Assembly: GCF_008831285.2 (NCBI RefSeq)
Contig: NC_045138.2
Coordinates: 39,370,001-39,434,000, forward strand
Source: Nymphaea colorata
Taxonomy: Eukaryota
DNA: 64,000 bases
Reading direction: 5' to 3'
Part shown: piece after piece, positions 36,596 through 49,204 of the stretch
Layout of the letters: each line of letters opens with the position of its first letter
Position numbering within the stretch: the first letter of the stretch is position 1
Program-made: the position numbers and the translations under genes
Notes under the pieces: model-generated
What the model saw: the letters and a program-made list of their open reading frames with translations, nothing else
What the model was told of the DNA's origin: nothing
Database searches by the model: none

Positions 36596-39102
36596 TCAAT
36601 AGGGTTGATGGAATGTCTGCTGGATTTCGTGGGCGAGCTCTTCGGCGCTGAGTTTGCATTCGATGCCAATCTGCAGCAGAAAACAAAGAACCGATGAGAT
36701 TCATTAACCCAATCATTAGATTTACCGTTCCCAGAAGTCGGGGAAAAGTAAAACAGAGACCGTAAAAATTAAGAGTGGTTTCGTCCTCCTCTTCATTATC
36801 TTCTCTTTTGCCCTTGAATAACACGGAATATAGTTGTTTAATGACAAGATTGGAGAGACAAAGGGTGGTGCATTAACAAAAAGTTAGTCACAAGCAGCCA
36901 CCATTTTACAGAGAACTAAAGAGAGAGAGAGAGAGCATTATTTAGTATTGACCAACTTTACGTAGATGGGTTGGCTTAGAGTCCTCAAGTTCATGTTTGA
37001 GAAGGTTAAAGGTCGAATTTTTTATGTGGCGCTTTTCTTCTGTAAGACTGAAAATAAAGCTAAACTGTTTGGTTGAGAAGCTGGAGAAGAAACCAGAATA
37101 TAACACTTTGGATCTACATCAAAGAACTGGGTAATTTCACACAAAAAAAAACGTAACTGGATACAGGACCCGGGGAGCTTGATACTTTACATGCTGAAGA
37201 ACTCATTCGTCTAAACGCTATACGTCGACGACTTTATCCTTTTTCTTTTCTCATTCGTTTTCAGAGGCCTGTTTGAATGCCTGGGCATTTCATGTAGTAG
37301 AGGAAATATGATTCAAATTTTTGAACTCTGTCCCAGTTCCCTCAAACAGGGATGCAAAATATAATCATTGGTCTCAATTCCAGAAAAAAAAATTAAACGA
37401 AGTTTCGTCAAAAATTGCTCATTATGGTACAAAGACGGACGGGAAAAGAAAATGTCGTAACTGTTACCTAGAAAAGTCTCTCCATTTCACAAAACAAGGG
37501 AATCTTCATCCTGGAATGAAGATTCATTCCATTACACATGCCACAAAAATGGAATGGGAAGCACTATCCCATTCCACCGATTTCTTGAAACATATTTCTT
37601 TAAACTGCATTCCAGTTCCATGTTTCAAGAGGATCAAACTATACTAAGGGTAGAAAAGAAACGAGGTTTATTATCTTGAAAACTGAAGGGAAGCAGAACT
37701 ACTGTTTGTAGATTTCTGAAACTCAAACGTCTTATGCACATTAAATGATGAGTGGAATCCAAAAACGGGAAGAAAACGAACCAGTTGCTAACCATTTAAC
37801 ATGGAAAACAGTGTGCCCAACAGAACTTCAGCGAGAGAGAGAGGAGCTTCACCTTGATCGTGAAAGTGTTGAGCATGGTGTCGTCAACGGTGCTTATGCT
37901 GACATGGAGTATCTCCAGAGACAGACACTCAAGGGCGGTCATTATCTTAAGGGCCTGGCCGGGGATCCTGTGTGAGACGGTCTTGAGCAGCACGTTGGGG
38001 CCGGAGAACTTCACTTCCACGTCGGCGACCGGAGACTTGGAGTTGGCGGCGAGGTCCTTCACTCCGTTGTCGTAGTGGTGAACCTCACGAGGGGAGTTTA
38101 AGGAGGGAGTCATAACAAAAGACAGCGACTGTGCTTGCTGTTGCTGCTGATGTTGGTGTTGAAGGTGCAACTTGGGCTTGTAAGGGCTGGCTGGCTGTGG
38201 AGTCCTTGGGCTTATGGGGAGGCTCATTCTTGGGCTCAGAGGCGCGGGCCTGGGGCTTGACATGGGTCTAGGACTTGAAACTGACCTGGGGCTCAGCACA
38301 TCGCTGTAGGCCTTTCTTTGCTTCTTTGCCTCTAGAGACTGCAACACCGTTTGCAGTTCCTTTATGAACTCCACCACCCCTCCTATGATCGATGCTTGAT
38401 CCCCCTATGTATAGCATTATTAATATTTTTAGTCGCAGTTGCTGGAGATCAAAACAATGTGAAAAAAGCCTTTAAGAATCAGGAGTGCTCAAGAAAAAGT
38501 GTCATGAACAATTATGAAACGAGAAGTTTAAAGTTCAGTTTTGTTTCTGATGAATTTATAAGTGACTTTGTAAAAGAAACTATCAAATGCATTAAAGTTA
38601 TATGCCGGCATTGCTTCCTTCTTTCTTCAGTAAAGATCTTGTAACTAGAACTTACTCTTTTTACGTAGAAGCAAGGCATGAGCGAACGTAGAACAGAAAG
38701 ATGCTCGTTCATTTGCTTCCTTCGGTTCCTCTCGACCGTGATGTGTGACACGCGTGGTTGGCCGTCCGCCATTACCTCCTCCTTGACAGCGTTCTGTCCC
38801 GCTGCCTTAAGCCGTTTGCTGCTGTTACGCTTTGCTTCGGCATCTGCTTCAGAGACCACCTGTTCGGCCCCTCGGCGACAGCCCAACAGAGTCGGCTTTC
38901 GGTTGGTGACGGAGTTCCGGTCATCCGATTTCGCGCTGGGGAGTGGCACAGGAAAGGGTGGCATGGAGACCTCCGGCGAGCAGGGAACGCAGTCGAGGGT
39001 CTCAAGGATGCTGAAGAGGTTCTCCGGTGAAGACGGCCCTTCCAAGGCCGACGTGTCACAGAAGCCAGGGTCGTTGAAAAGGTCGGTAAGGATGTCACCC
39101 AT
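36596..39102 (-). CDS. SPCH: bHLH group Ia transcription factor SPEECHLESS; exons (minus) 39102-38656, 38404-37853, 36670-36596; 357 aa
   Basis: bHLH SHITVERNRRKQMNEHLSVLRSLMPCFYVKR|GDQASIIGGVVEFIKELQTVLQSLEAKKQRK. SPCH-specific MAPK target domain (VLSPR, SSPR, PLSPR, PISPRTPQPASPY). SMF/ACT-like domain ANSKSPVADVEVKFSGPNVLLKT...IGIECKLSAEELAHEIQQTF. Phase-0 GT-AG introns; 1074 nt. Confidence 0.95.
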
Positions 39103-39261
39103 CTGTGTTTCTACGGGAAACCACTACCAAGTAGCCGGAAAACCGCTCTTTTTTCTAACAAGCTTGTGCACTTCTCTTATATCAGGCACGTCGGTGGCTG
39201 ATAGTTTCACCAGAAATCAGGTGGGTTGGGCTGGAAGACCTCTCTTCTTTCTCCTAAGGTT

Positions 39262-39264
<3 letters not shown>

Positions 39265-39314
<50 letters not shown>
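39265..39314. repeat. (AG)25 microsatellite in the SPCH 5' UTR/proximal promoter
   Basis: 50 nt of perfect AG repeat ~160 bp upstream of the ATG. Confidence 0.95.
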
Positions 39315-39317
<3 letters not shown>

Positions 39318-39623
39318 GAGAGATTCGGGTTTGAAAAAGAACGGCTACGATAGCCATTATAAAGGCACTTGCCGAAGGAAGGGTTTGCTTCATTTCCAGG
39401 ACGCTTCCCATCGTCCTTGAAAATGACGAATTTACCATGCAAACATTTATCGTATCACGTATTACTTTCTCGGACTTTCGGCTAAGATCGAGTGCAGTAT
39501 AAAAAGTAAATAATTTTTCTCTCATGGTGGGAGTTTTTCTGCATTCTGCAGTTCAAACTTTCTGCCTGGCCGTCACAATTACCACTGAAACACAAAAAAG
39601 TGCCTCTCCCTCTCAACATAATT

Positions 39624-39625
<2 letters not shown>

Positions 39626-39669
<44 letters not shown>
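39626..39669. repeat. (TA)22 microsatellite
   Basis: Perfect TA repeat. Confidence 0.95.
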
Positions 39670-39671
<2 letters not shown>

Positions 39672-42113
39672 CTGATAGGGAGCACGTACGAAGTGAATCT
39701 AGCGGAAGTTAGATGTTTAGCTACTTTTTTCCCCTTACCCAAAGATATTGAAACATGATATAAAGTTCCATGATACGTAAGCTTGAGCTGTAAGATTTGC
39801 CAATCATTAAATTTTCTCAAGCTTGCAGTTATAAGTTTTGAGCAGTAAATTTATTGCATGCAACGGGAATACTTGAGGAGCTACACTTTAGATCATGTGT
39901 TTAGATATGAGAAAACGTATTGGGGAATAAATTTATTGCTACTTAAAAAGCTGGTACATCATGTCAAGCCAAATCGAACACTGTTCTTCACTGTCGGCTT
40001 ACTGCTCAGATCGTTTCACATGTTCCAACGAGCTCCTGATTCTTATTTACTCTCTTAGCTCAAGAGAAGCCGAATCTACAGCCTTCACCTCGTTTTCCAC
40101 CCCGGACGTCTCTTCTTTATTATCTGCACTCTCTGAATTCTGATCTCTCTCTCTGGTACGTCCATAGTCATGGGAATACGTGAGCGAGAAGCCCGAATTT
40201 CTAAAGCGCATGGAACCTGTCAGGTCGTAACGATCACACAAAGCTTTACGTCTCACGAGTACAAATCCGGTGCAATACTATTCAAATTCCTAACGGCAAT
40301 TCAAAGATGTGATCTCCACCATTCACAACTCAGAATCTCCTCTTAATTGAGGAGGTTGCTTGTCTACATAAACAAACCCAGGTCAGCGGGTTGTTTGGAT
40401 AGAGGCAATGAGTTTTAGTTTGATTTTCATGAGCACTATTATTCTTATGTTGTTGCAAAGAATTGAGCACGGCATAAAGTTTATAAAGTTTATAGTACAT
40501 TATCTTCCTACCAAACAATGACGCAGCCTTGAGTCCTGAGTGGTAGGCCGTAATGCTTTCACTCACCCGAATTGTGTACGCCTAAACAATGGTAGACAAG
40601 GATAAAGAGAAAAGAAACTTTGAGTTTCTCAAAAATCTCGCCTGGGAATTGTGCTTGCATACGATTGTAACATTACATGACAGAAACATAAAAAAGAAAG
40701 AATAATATATATGCATGTTGGCGTGTGACTCCACGAAATTGATGTGCCATTCAAGCCTCACAATATTGATTTCCTAATATCATTGAGAGATCATTATCGA
40801 ACCAACTTGGCTCTGTTCATATCCCCATGGGCTTTCTACGAAGCCAAAGGCATTTTTAAATTTGCAAGGCTCTCTGAACCGTCAGATCTTGACAAGTGGA
40901 TGCCGTTCCATTTATCTCTTGTGGGCTTCACATCCCCAATTTGGACGTGGGTCCCAGAAAGCACACATGGACTTATTTAGTTCCTCCTAGTTGGGCCTGG
41001 TGCTTGGGCATGCATCCCTAGTATACGTGCACCCCGCAGTGCTAAGCCTCAGCCAACTCCTGCTTGCTTGCAATTAATATAGATGTATTTGGGAGCCTTG
41101 CATTCAGATCCAAACATGATTTTTGTGTACTTTTAAAGTGTGGATTTTAGAATTTATGAAAAGAATTTAAATGCCATGTACAAGTTTGTGTGGAAGTATC
41201 TTTTGACATACATATAGGTTTTGAATTTGAATCTTCTACAAAAACGCACTCAACTTTTGGTGGGTATAACAAAAACATGCTCAAATTTATGTTTCCTTCA
41301 TTCAAATGTCTACATGAAGTAAGCATGAGCAGTTAAATGAAAGAAAACCAAAATTCGACGTGCAAAAGTTGAGCTTGTTTTTGTAAAATTTTTTCGTTGG
41401 AATTATGCATCTATTTGAGGACAGAGCTGCAATGCATAAATAAATACATCGGCAATGTATTAATGTATCGGCGCTTTTAGAGACACTGGAGATCTAGCAT
41501 TGCCAAAGCCATGGTGCAGCATGCATTGCCATCAACTTGCATCTCTCTTCCTACCAATGTGGCTAAAAATGGGCGGAGCCTTGTTACATGAAACTTTCTG
41601 AACCAAATAGTTGGCAACGCTTTCAGTGGTACAAGTTGAACATGTCCAACATCCAGCATGTGGCATTTATTCTTCGAAACCAGTTCTAGATCTCCAACAT
41701 AATTGATTTTCTGTGGTTAGAGTGCCTATACATTTTCTCTACTTACCTTTGGATACCCCTTCAGGGTATTTTTGTCTTTTCAGGCACCCGAACATACAGC
41801 CGGTGTTCCGAGGCCGAAAACATAACCAGTTTGGCACTTGGAATCTACATACATGGTAAGGCTTGATTTAGCTCAGCTAAGTGTGGCTTAGTCTTTACCA
41901 GGAGAGCATAGCAGGCCAAAAAGACCTTTGATGGCTTAGTCTTTACCAGGAGAGCATAGGTGCAGCTTGTCTAGTATAAATTAATGAGCCTAGCATGAAC
42001 AATGGCTTTCTTTCTCGGGTTTCGGTTGGTTGCTGAGCTCATTCAAGAAGACCTTTCCCAACTACAAGAAGATTGTCTTTTGAATCATGAATGGCTGGTT
42101 AATCTGACACTGT

Positions 42114-42114
42114 A

Positions 42115-42179
<65 letters not shown>
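42114..42179. repeat. Compound (AC)n(AG)n microsatellite
   Basis: AC run directly followed by an AG run. Confidence 0.95.
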
Positions 42180-42181
<2 letters not shown>

Positions 42182-44024
42182 TTTACTGCTTGATGTAATT
42201 ATTGATCCTAGCAGAAAGACAAAAGGCAGAACACTGATTCACTTTGCGGTTTCTGTTCGTTGCGACTGAATCATATCATTTCTTCTTTTATGACACTTAG
42301 AAAGGAGACATGCTAACGAACCAGCCATATGCCTCCCCATTAACTTAGATTTCCTTGATCCTTCGTCTTCTACTCATTGAAAAGCCCTTTGGTCTCTTTC
42401 ACTTTCTCTGATGCTGCTGTTCTGGGTACCTAATGTATCACGCATAGAGAACAGTGCAGAAGAGACGAGCTCGCTCGCAACCCTTTTCTAGCTTTTGCCA
42501 GCTTTTCCCCAAAGGGCAGTGAGATGCTGTCGACCCCATTAAAATCCACGATGATGAATCAATTAAGGCGTGCTGCAAAGGCATTAAAAACCATTGGATT
42601 TACTGGTCGACTCGAATGCAACACTATCTAGCAGCTTCACTAGGTGGATAATGTACAAGGCCATTAATTCAACGCGCAAGCAGAAGGCCATTAATCATTC
42701 GCTCCAGTGGAGCACGTGCTGCGGCAAAGGCAGTCTACTGCTTGGAAATGAGCAATATACAAATTAATAAAAGGAGAAGCCGGAGAAGGATATTGTTTTA
42801 AAAGTTAAAATGGCTCCACCTGATGAGGAAGGAGACGGTGCACCTCAAAGAGATACCTACTGTGGAAATCTCTGGCTCGGTATAATTAAAACTTGGAGTA
42901 AATGAATCTTAAACAATTCTATCGGATGCACTGCGCAAAGTCTTAGGGCCATTTATAACACCTGATTGCGGTTTCCCGGTTCGACAGCACGATCTATGAT
43001 TTGTCATTCATAGGCCTTGATATGATCTTCTATTTAACTGCACCACCGAAAGAGTGAAATAAGGATTTCCCCGCAAGTAAAAGATGCCGATCGTACCAAT
43101 TCCGATTATTTGATCCTCGCTCCTCCATTATGATCTAAAATGTCACAGTATGAAAGCGGTACAACGTCTCAGAAAGCCACTAATAAATCTAAGAGAGTTG
43201 TATTTTACAGTCGACAAGATAGAGGAAAAAATGACAGTTGTCTGGAGACTCACTTCCCTCTTCTTAAAATGCGCTTTCCTACAATATTTACTCATTGGCT
43301 TCCCCTTCGGAAGCCTTCCTTGAATCTCAATGTCAATTCTAGTTTAGTATATTCCAAAATATTGGCTTTTCTATTTTCCCTTATTGTTAAGGAAATCGTC
43401 GAGGATCAATACACTGAAGATCAAGTAGAAAATGAACCAAGAGGCCCTTCCTTAAAGGAGTAATCCAGTACCATTGGACCCAGTACCAACCATATGGCTG
43501 TGTGTCTAGAGGTCGTACTCCACTACTAGCTACGAATCGAGTAGTCCATCTCCTCTCTAGAGAGGAGCCTTCCTTCATTTCTCTTCCTTTTCGATAGCTG
43601 TTCACTTTATTTCATACACTAAAAACATTTGCAAAGAAGTCAGTAGTGAGTTGATAAATACGACGTTGAAGGCATACCACACATATCAATAGAATGGTTT
43701 TCCATATCCTTGTGGTTTAGTCCTTTATTGAAATTGTTCGAAATTTTCAATGATTTATAAGAGAACATGTTAAATGACTTATTATTCTGGCTCTCAACTT
43801 TCTTAAGGCTGAAATTGAAGCAGCAAGGATGTGTGTTGGGAACTACCAAACTGAGACCCCAACCCAGTGCAGAAGTGTATTGGGTTGTTACATAACTTGA
43901 GGTTTCATGCGCATAGATGCATATGCCTAAAGGGGGTAAGGTGGCTAGGGGTGTGAAAGTGGGTCAAATTGTTACATACTCATGGTAACAAATTCCTTCC
44001 TCTATCATGTATGTCTCACAATGA

Positions 44025-44609
44025 ATGATTGAATTAATTGGGCAAGTTGAGGAAGAAAAAAGAGCAGAGGGACAACAAACGGTTAGCTGGTGTAAAGATT
44101 GCAATAGATGCAATTAAATGCAAGAGGATATTATAAGCAATTAAGAGGTGTAAATGCATCAAAAAGGTTATAAATAAGATTCGAAACAGATATATTCTTA
44201 ACCATATTTGCTTTTCGGGACATTCGAATATTTAGATTCAAATATGAATGAAGAAAAGTCATTTATATGAGTCAGAAATCTGATGTCACAACTGAAGTCC
44301 AATTTTTTACTTTCACATCCGAATCCTGATTTTGAATCGAATCAAGCCAATTTTCACATTTCTTAAATCTGATTCTGATCTAATTTCTTAATCGAATATT
44401 AATTTCTTTTTATATTCGATTCTTTTGGAACAGTTCAGTCAGATGTCCAATCCAAATTGGATATATTGACATCCATATCTCTTAGTGATGATGAAATTAA
44501 TTGGGCAAGTTGTGGAAGAAAAAGGAGGAGAGGGACAATAAATGGATAGTTGGTGCAAAGATTATAATAGATGCAATTAAATTCAATGGGATATTATAAT
44601 CAATGAAGA
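44025..44609. repeat. Diverged ~120-bp direct repeats (44025-44146; 44488-44609) flanking a MITE-like block
   Basis: Both copies read AATTAATTGGGCAAGTTG.GGAAGAAAAA...AGAGGGACAA...AATAGATGCAATTAAA...GGATATTATAA. The intervening ~340 bp is rich in CGAAT/ATCCG/TCTGAT. Confidence 0.8.
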
Positions 44610-45074
44610 AGCATAGATACATCTGAAACGTTTTAATATGCCGTCGAGGATTTTAAAACAATTTAACTTTTAGCCTGCACTTATCTTCCTCTTCCGATAC
44701 TGTTTTTCAAAGAAGGAAATGGAAGATATATATCGCTTTATATTCGTCGACATAACACATACATTTGTGCAACAGTTTCCACAGTTCAGACTGCAAAACA
44801 ATTGCCAAATTAAACCTTTTTCTTCATAAATTGATCCATCAATTATATACATCAAAGAAAAAACCTTTTCATTATTGGTGAAATGACTTAATTTGCTGAC
44901 TCCTGATGTTAGCATGTAGAGTAAAGTGATCCAAATTATATAATGTCAGAATGGATATCCTGGAGTTTTCATCATCTATTGACTTTACAATTTTCTATAG
45001 TTCAAAGTTTGCATTCCAAATTAAACCCAAAGTTCCAGTCGTGCTTAAGATATAGATAGCTACCAATGACATAT

Positions 45075-45302
45075 TATCTAGTACTGCTTCTAACCGGCCA
45101 CCAAATTCAAAATTAATTCTCAGAGGGAAATAAATAAGACATATATATGTTGCCGTTGAAGCACTGTTATAAGACATAGCTTGGATACTATCTAGTACTG
45201 CTTCTAACCGGCCACCCAATACAAAATTAATTCTCATAGGGGAATAAATAAGACATATATATGTTGCCGTTGAAGCACTGTTATAAGACATAGCTTGGAT
45301 AC
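45075..45302. repeat. Near-perfect 114-bp tandem duplication
   Basis: TATCTAGTACTGCTTCTAACCGGCCACC...GACATAGCTTGGATAC at 45075 and 45189 with few substitutions. Confidence 0.92.
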
Positions 45303-48300
45303 GGCTCAAATGAAGGAGTAATAGTCGAATGCACTAGCGGTCTCATCACTCAAATTTTTTGCTCGTCCACCAGACAGGAGAAAGAACTTCACTAGTCCTG
45401 CCCTATTAATGTATCCTAATTTCGCACCTGCAGAGAATCTCTTGCCTGCGGATTTGTTTGAAATAAATGGAACTGCACGGATGGATTTACATGAACCATT
45501 GCTTGTGGAATTATCCTCAAATTTACATCATATTTTTCAAGAAAAACGTAATATTTCAGTTCAAAACGACAGACATGCATCGGTTTTTCTGCATTGGATT
45601 CCACTGATGATTGAGAAGTAGATCTAAATTAAATGATGAGCCCGCCTCAGTTGTCTGGTTTGAGTAAAACAGCGTACGACCTTTGAACAAGGCGATGCCT
45701 GGGGAAGGTCCTGAAGTTTAAAAAATTTTGTAGTCAAAATATGTAACTTTTTTTTCTGGATGATCATACCGTTGTTATATCAATGAGCGCTTCACAAGTG
45801 TTTTCTGGTTCTGCTAACCTAAGGGAATACCTTGCCTGCCAGACATCCTTTTGAATGTATGCCGGATCTTTCATTCGTTTTCTTTATTTTTATTAATCAG
45901 TGGAACCCATTGAACCAAGACGCAAACTCTCCTGATTTCAGTTTTTCAAAGTCGGAAAGTTCTCCACATCCACATGCTGCTCCATACATGGCAGGTTGGA
46001 ATCTAGGGCTCAAAGACTTCTGAATTCTCTCTTTCTGTTTTGTCTGATTCTGTTTTGGAATTCAGCCAAATAGTTTGGTTAGATCATTTACATAAAGGCA
46101 TACACTAGTACATCATCGAATGACAACCCAATTGTAGGCATTTGAGGAATCCAAAGTCAACTGCTCGAAATTAACCATATTTTCAAGCCCCAAGAAGTCA
46201 CATTTTGGCATATAATAAGATGGTGCAAGAATTTATCCCAAACAAAGAACCTACTAAGTTCAGCTAATTGCCAGGTCTGATTTGGACAACATTCTTTTCG
46301 AGTCAAAAATGCCACAGTTCCCTTTTTTGTCTGGGTAGTAGAAGCTACCAAATCTTCTTGTGAAACCTGAGTAATATAATGTGAAGTAATTAAGAATTGA
46401 GTACATGAATCCAGTTTGATGGTTCTTCTATATTCTTTACGGGAATTCTCAAGCCCAATGATATCTTGGCAGTGATGATGGACCTGTAGTTATGATTGGA
46501 GCATCGCAATCCGTTCATTAGTCAATGCTATCTTCCAAATGGTTTGAAAACACAAGCTCTGAGATATCAGATAACTCGTGGTTCACCAGACGCAAAGCCG
46601 CCCGCCTTTCCCTCTACTCCTCAATGTTCAGGGCTACTTCAAGACCTCTGTGGTTTATGGTACACCATTCAACTTGAATATCACATAGACACTGTTTGCA
46701 GTCAAGATGTAGCAAACATGAGAATCAAACTAAGGATATATAATCAGTGCTATCCCCAAGTCAACCAGCTATACTATGACCCCAGGCGATATCACGGGAC
46801 TAGATCTTATTGTGGTTAAAAAGATCTTAAGGTAGTCAGACAAACCTAAGACCGGTCTGGTATTCCGGCCCAAAATACTAGCGACACATGGTGTTGCATG
46901 GATGGACTTATATGACCTGTAAAGATATACTTTATGTCTCCTCAGCCATGGCTGAAGCCCTAGGGTAACTACAGTACCAATAGGTGGTCAGCCGCCCTCT
47001 ATCACATTCAGATTTCCTAGCTACAACTTGGATGATCAATTTGTGCAATTATGAGTACGCATAAGGTATGCATTTTGTATCTGCATTGATTGATCAGAAA
47101 GTGAATCATAGAAAACGAAGAGAACCAATCTCTTCCTGTCGCACATATATGAGCCATGTTCATTGAAGGCCCCTGTATCCGAGGCACATGCGCAACTAAA
47201 ACTATAGAAGACATATTATATAGCGCCATACAAGATGTGATTTCTCGGGCTCCGGTTGGTAGAGAGTAAGCAGTGGTCCACTGCGTGGATCAGGTGGCCT
47301 TTCCATGTTTGGTCGTTTTACAAAGATCTTTTGATAATGATGATAATAATAACGATAAGATATCTCTCTTTCTTACGCTTTCAAAAGATATAGAGCCGAT
47401 CTCTTCAGATTGTGACCTTTCACAGCCTCAGCACCATATTGCTTTGAAATGACAAAATGGTTTCGGTTTTTCTTCTCCCTCCCACTCCCACCAAAAAAAA
47501 ATATAGAAAAAAAAAGAAACCCTCCGTAGTTCAACCGAGGGTCTTGCATTTGACAAGATTAATCTCTACCATTCGAATATCTTTTTAGAATATTCAACTG
47601 GATCAACTTTTCACTCCACTCAATTTAATCGTTTGGGTTCATCAGGTAACACCATTTTTTGCTTAAGGATCGTAGTAAACTGATGCTTGGTCTATTTCTT
47701 ATATGTCAAACAAGCACACATGCTGCTTTCTGTTTCTTGACACCATCACCTGTTCTTTCAAGAAAGATGAGCTTATAAGTTATAACGAGTTTACTGAATC
47801 CACCGTTGTAAAACCAGGACAATCTCCTACCTACCATGCTTTAAACTTTGTCTTAGCCTTGCAGCAGTGAACATGCAGTCACGAATTTGAACTCGTTACA
47901 ACCTATCGGCCATTTATAACGGTAGATTTTAGCTTCACATTTTCGTGTCGATACCAGGTACTACTGTGGGGACCGGGTGAGAAGTCATGATTTCTTGCAT
48001 TATTTACAGAGAGAGATGAATGTCATCAAGCAAAAGGCATGAACCCAATGAAGAGAAAGTTCCTGCCTCTAGAGCTTCTCTTATTTAGATTGAGTTGCAG
48101 GTCACAGGGCAATGGAGTACGCGTGTCAAGAAAGAGGAGGAAAGGTGAGACAAAAGGGCTGGCGGGCCGTGCTCCTCGTGCAAGGCCCGCAATCCCTCCA
48201 ATTATTGTGCATGGAAGTTCATTCATTTACTGAGACATGGCAGCACCAATGGCGTCTGTGCATCCCTTATCATCTCTCTCTCTCAATTGTGTGCATATAT

Positions 48301-49136
48301 TTACGACTTCCAACAACCCCTTCCCTGCAACAAAGTGCTTATTTACTTACCATAAAGGTTTGCAGTCGCAGTGCCAAATCTTTTTTTTGTCAGTTCTCCC
48401 TTCTCAAATATTTTTCTGCAGTGATGCGGTCATTAATTGAAAGATGGATATTTGAAGCCCTCTTACCATAGTCGGACGATTGATTTTTTTTTTTTCTTTT
48501 TGTCAGAGATGATAAGTGGTTTAATCAGATTCTGAAAATAGTTAAGAAAACGATTATTCACATGTAGGCATGTACCCAACAAAATAAGTCATTTTAACGG
48601 AAAAAACATAAGCTCTCAACGCCGTTTCATCTCACTAGCTTGTCGAAGGTGGTTCACTAAATGGAGAGAAATCTTCTGAGAAATTTGTTGACGGAAGGAT
48701 CTCATCTTAACGTTCGAAGGTCGCCCCATCAAATGTAGCGTGATTTCCATGTAAATTATCTGGATTTTAACTTGATCATCTGGTGACAGAAAAACACAAG
48801 TACATGGTGCTGAAATCAACTAAGATGGTTGATGATGGATGTGCCAACATAATAATGTAAACAATTTAAAGTTCCATGCACCATGTTAAGCAGGAACTTT
48901 CAACCTGAACGGAAGCCATCAGCTTGACCAATACCGCTTTGCCTGTGGTTTTATCAAATATGTTGACAAATTGATAAACTATACAGCCTACCCAGATGTA
49001 TTATAATCAATTGTTCAATCAACTCGAGTGACAGTTTTTTCAAAATCTCGAGTAAAATTACTTTCGGAAGTTAGCGTTACTACCTACTTTACTCAAAATT
49101 GAATTTATATACACTACACCCAGGAAGTGGATTTTT

Positions 49137-49204
49137 TCCGGCCGTCCGGATGGCCTGGACTCTGGCACCAGCCCGATGCGTGTGTTAGAGGCCGGACGGC
49201 CGGA
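49137..49204. repeat. GC-rich inverted repeat (13-bp arms), probable small MITE
   Basis: TCCGGCCGTCCGG (49137-49149) and CCGGACGGCCGGA (49192-49204). Confidence 0.7.

Noticed and set aside
38678..39334. 218-aa antisense ORF over SPCH, and similar antisense ORFs at 3278-3778, 15529-15786 and 22771-23217
   Set aside because: Shadow ORFs of GC-rich exons and microsatellites, with no independent protein features.
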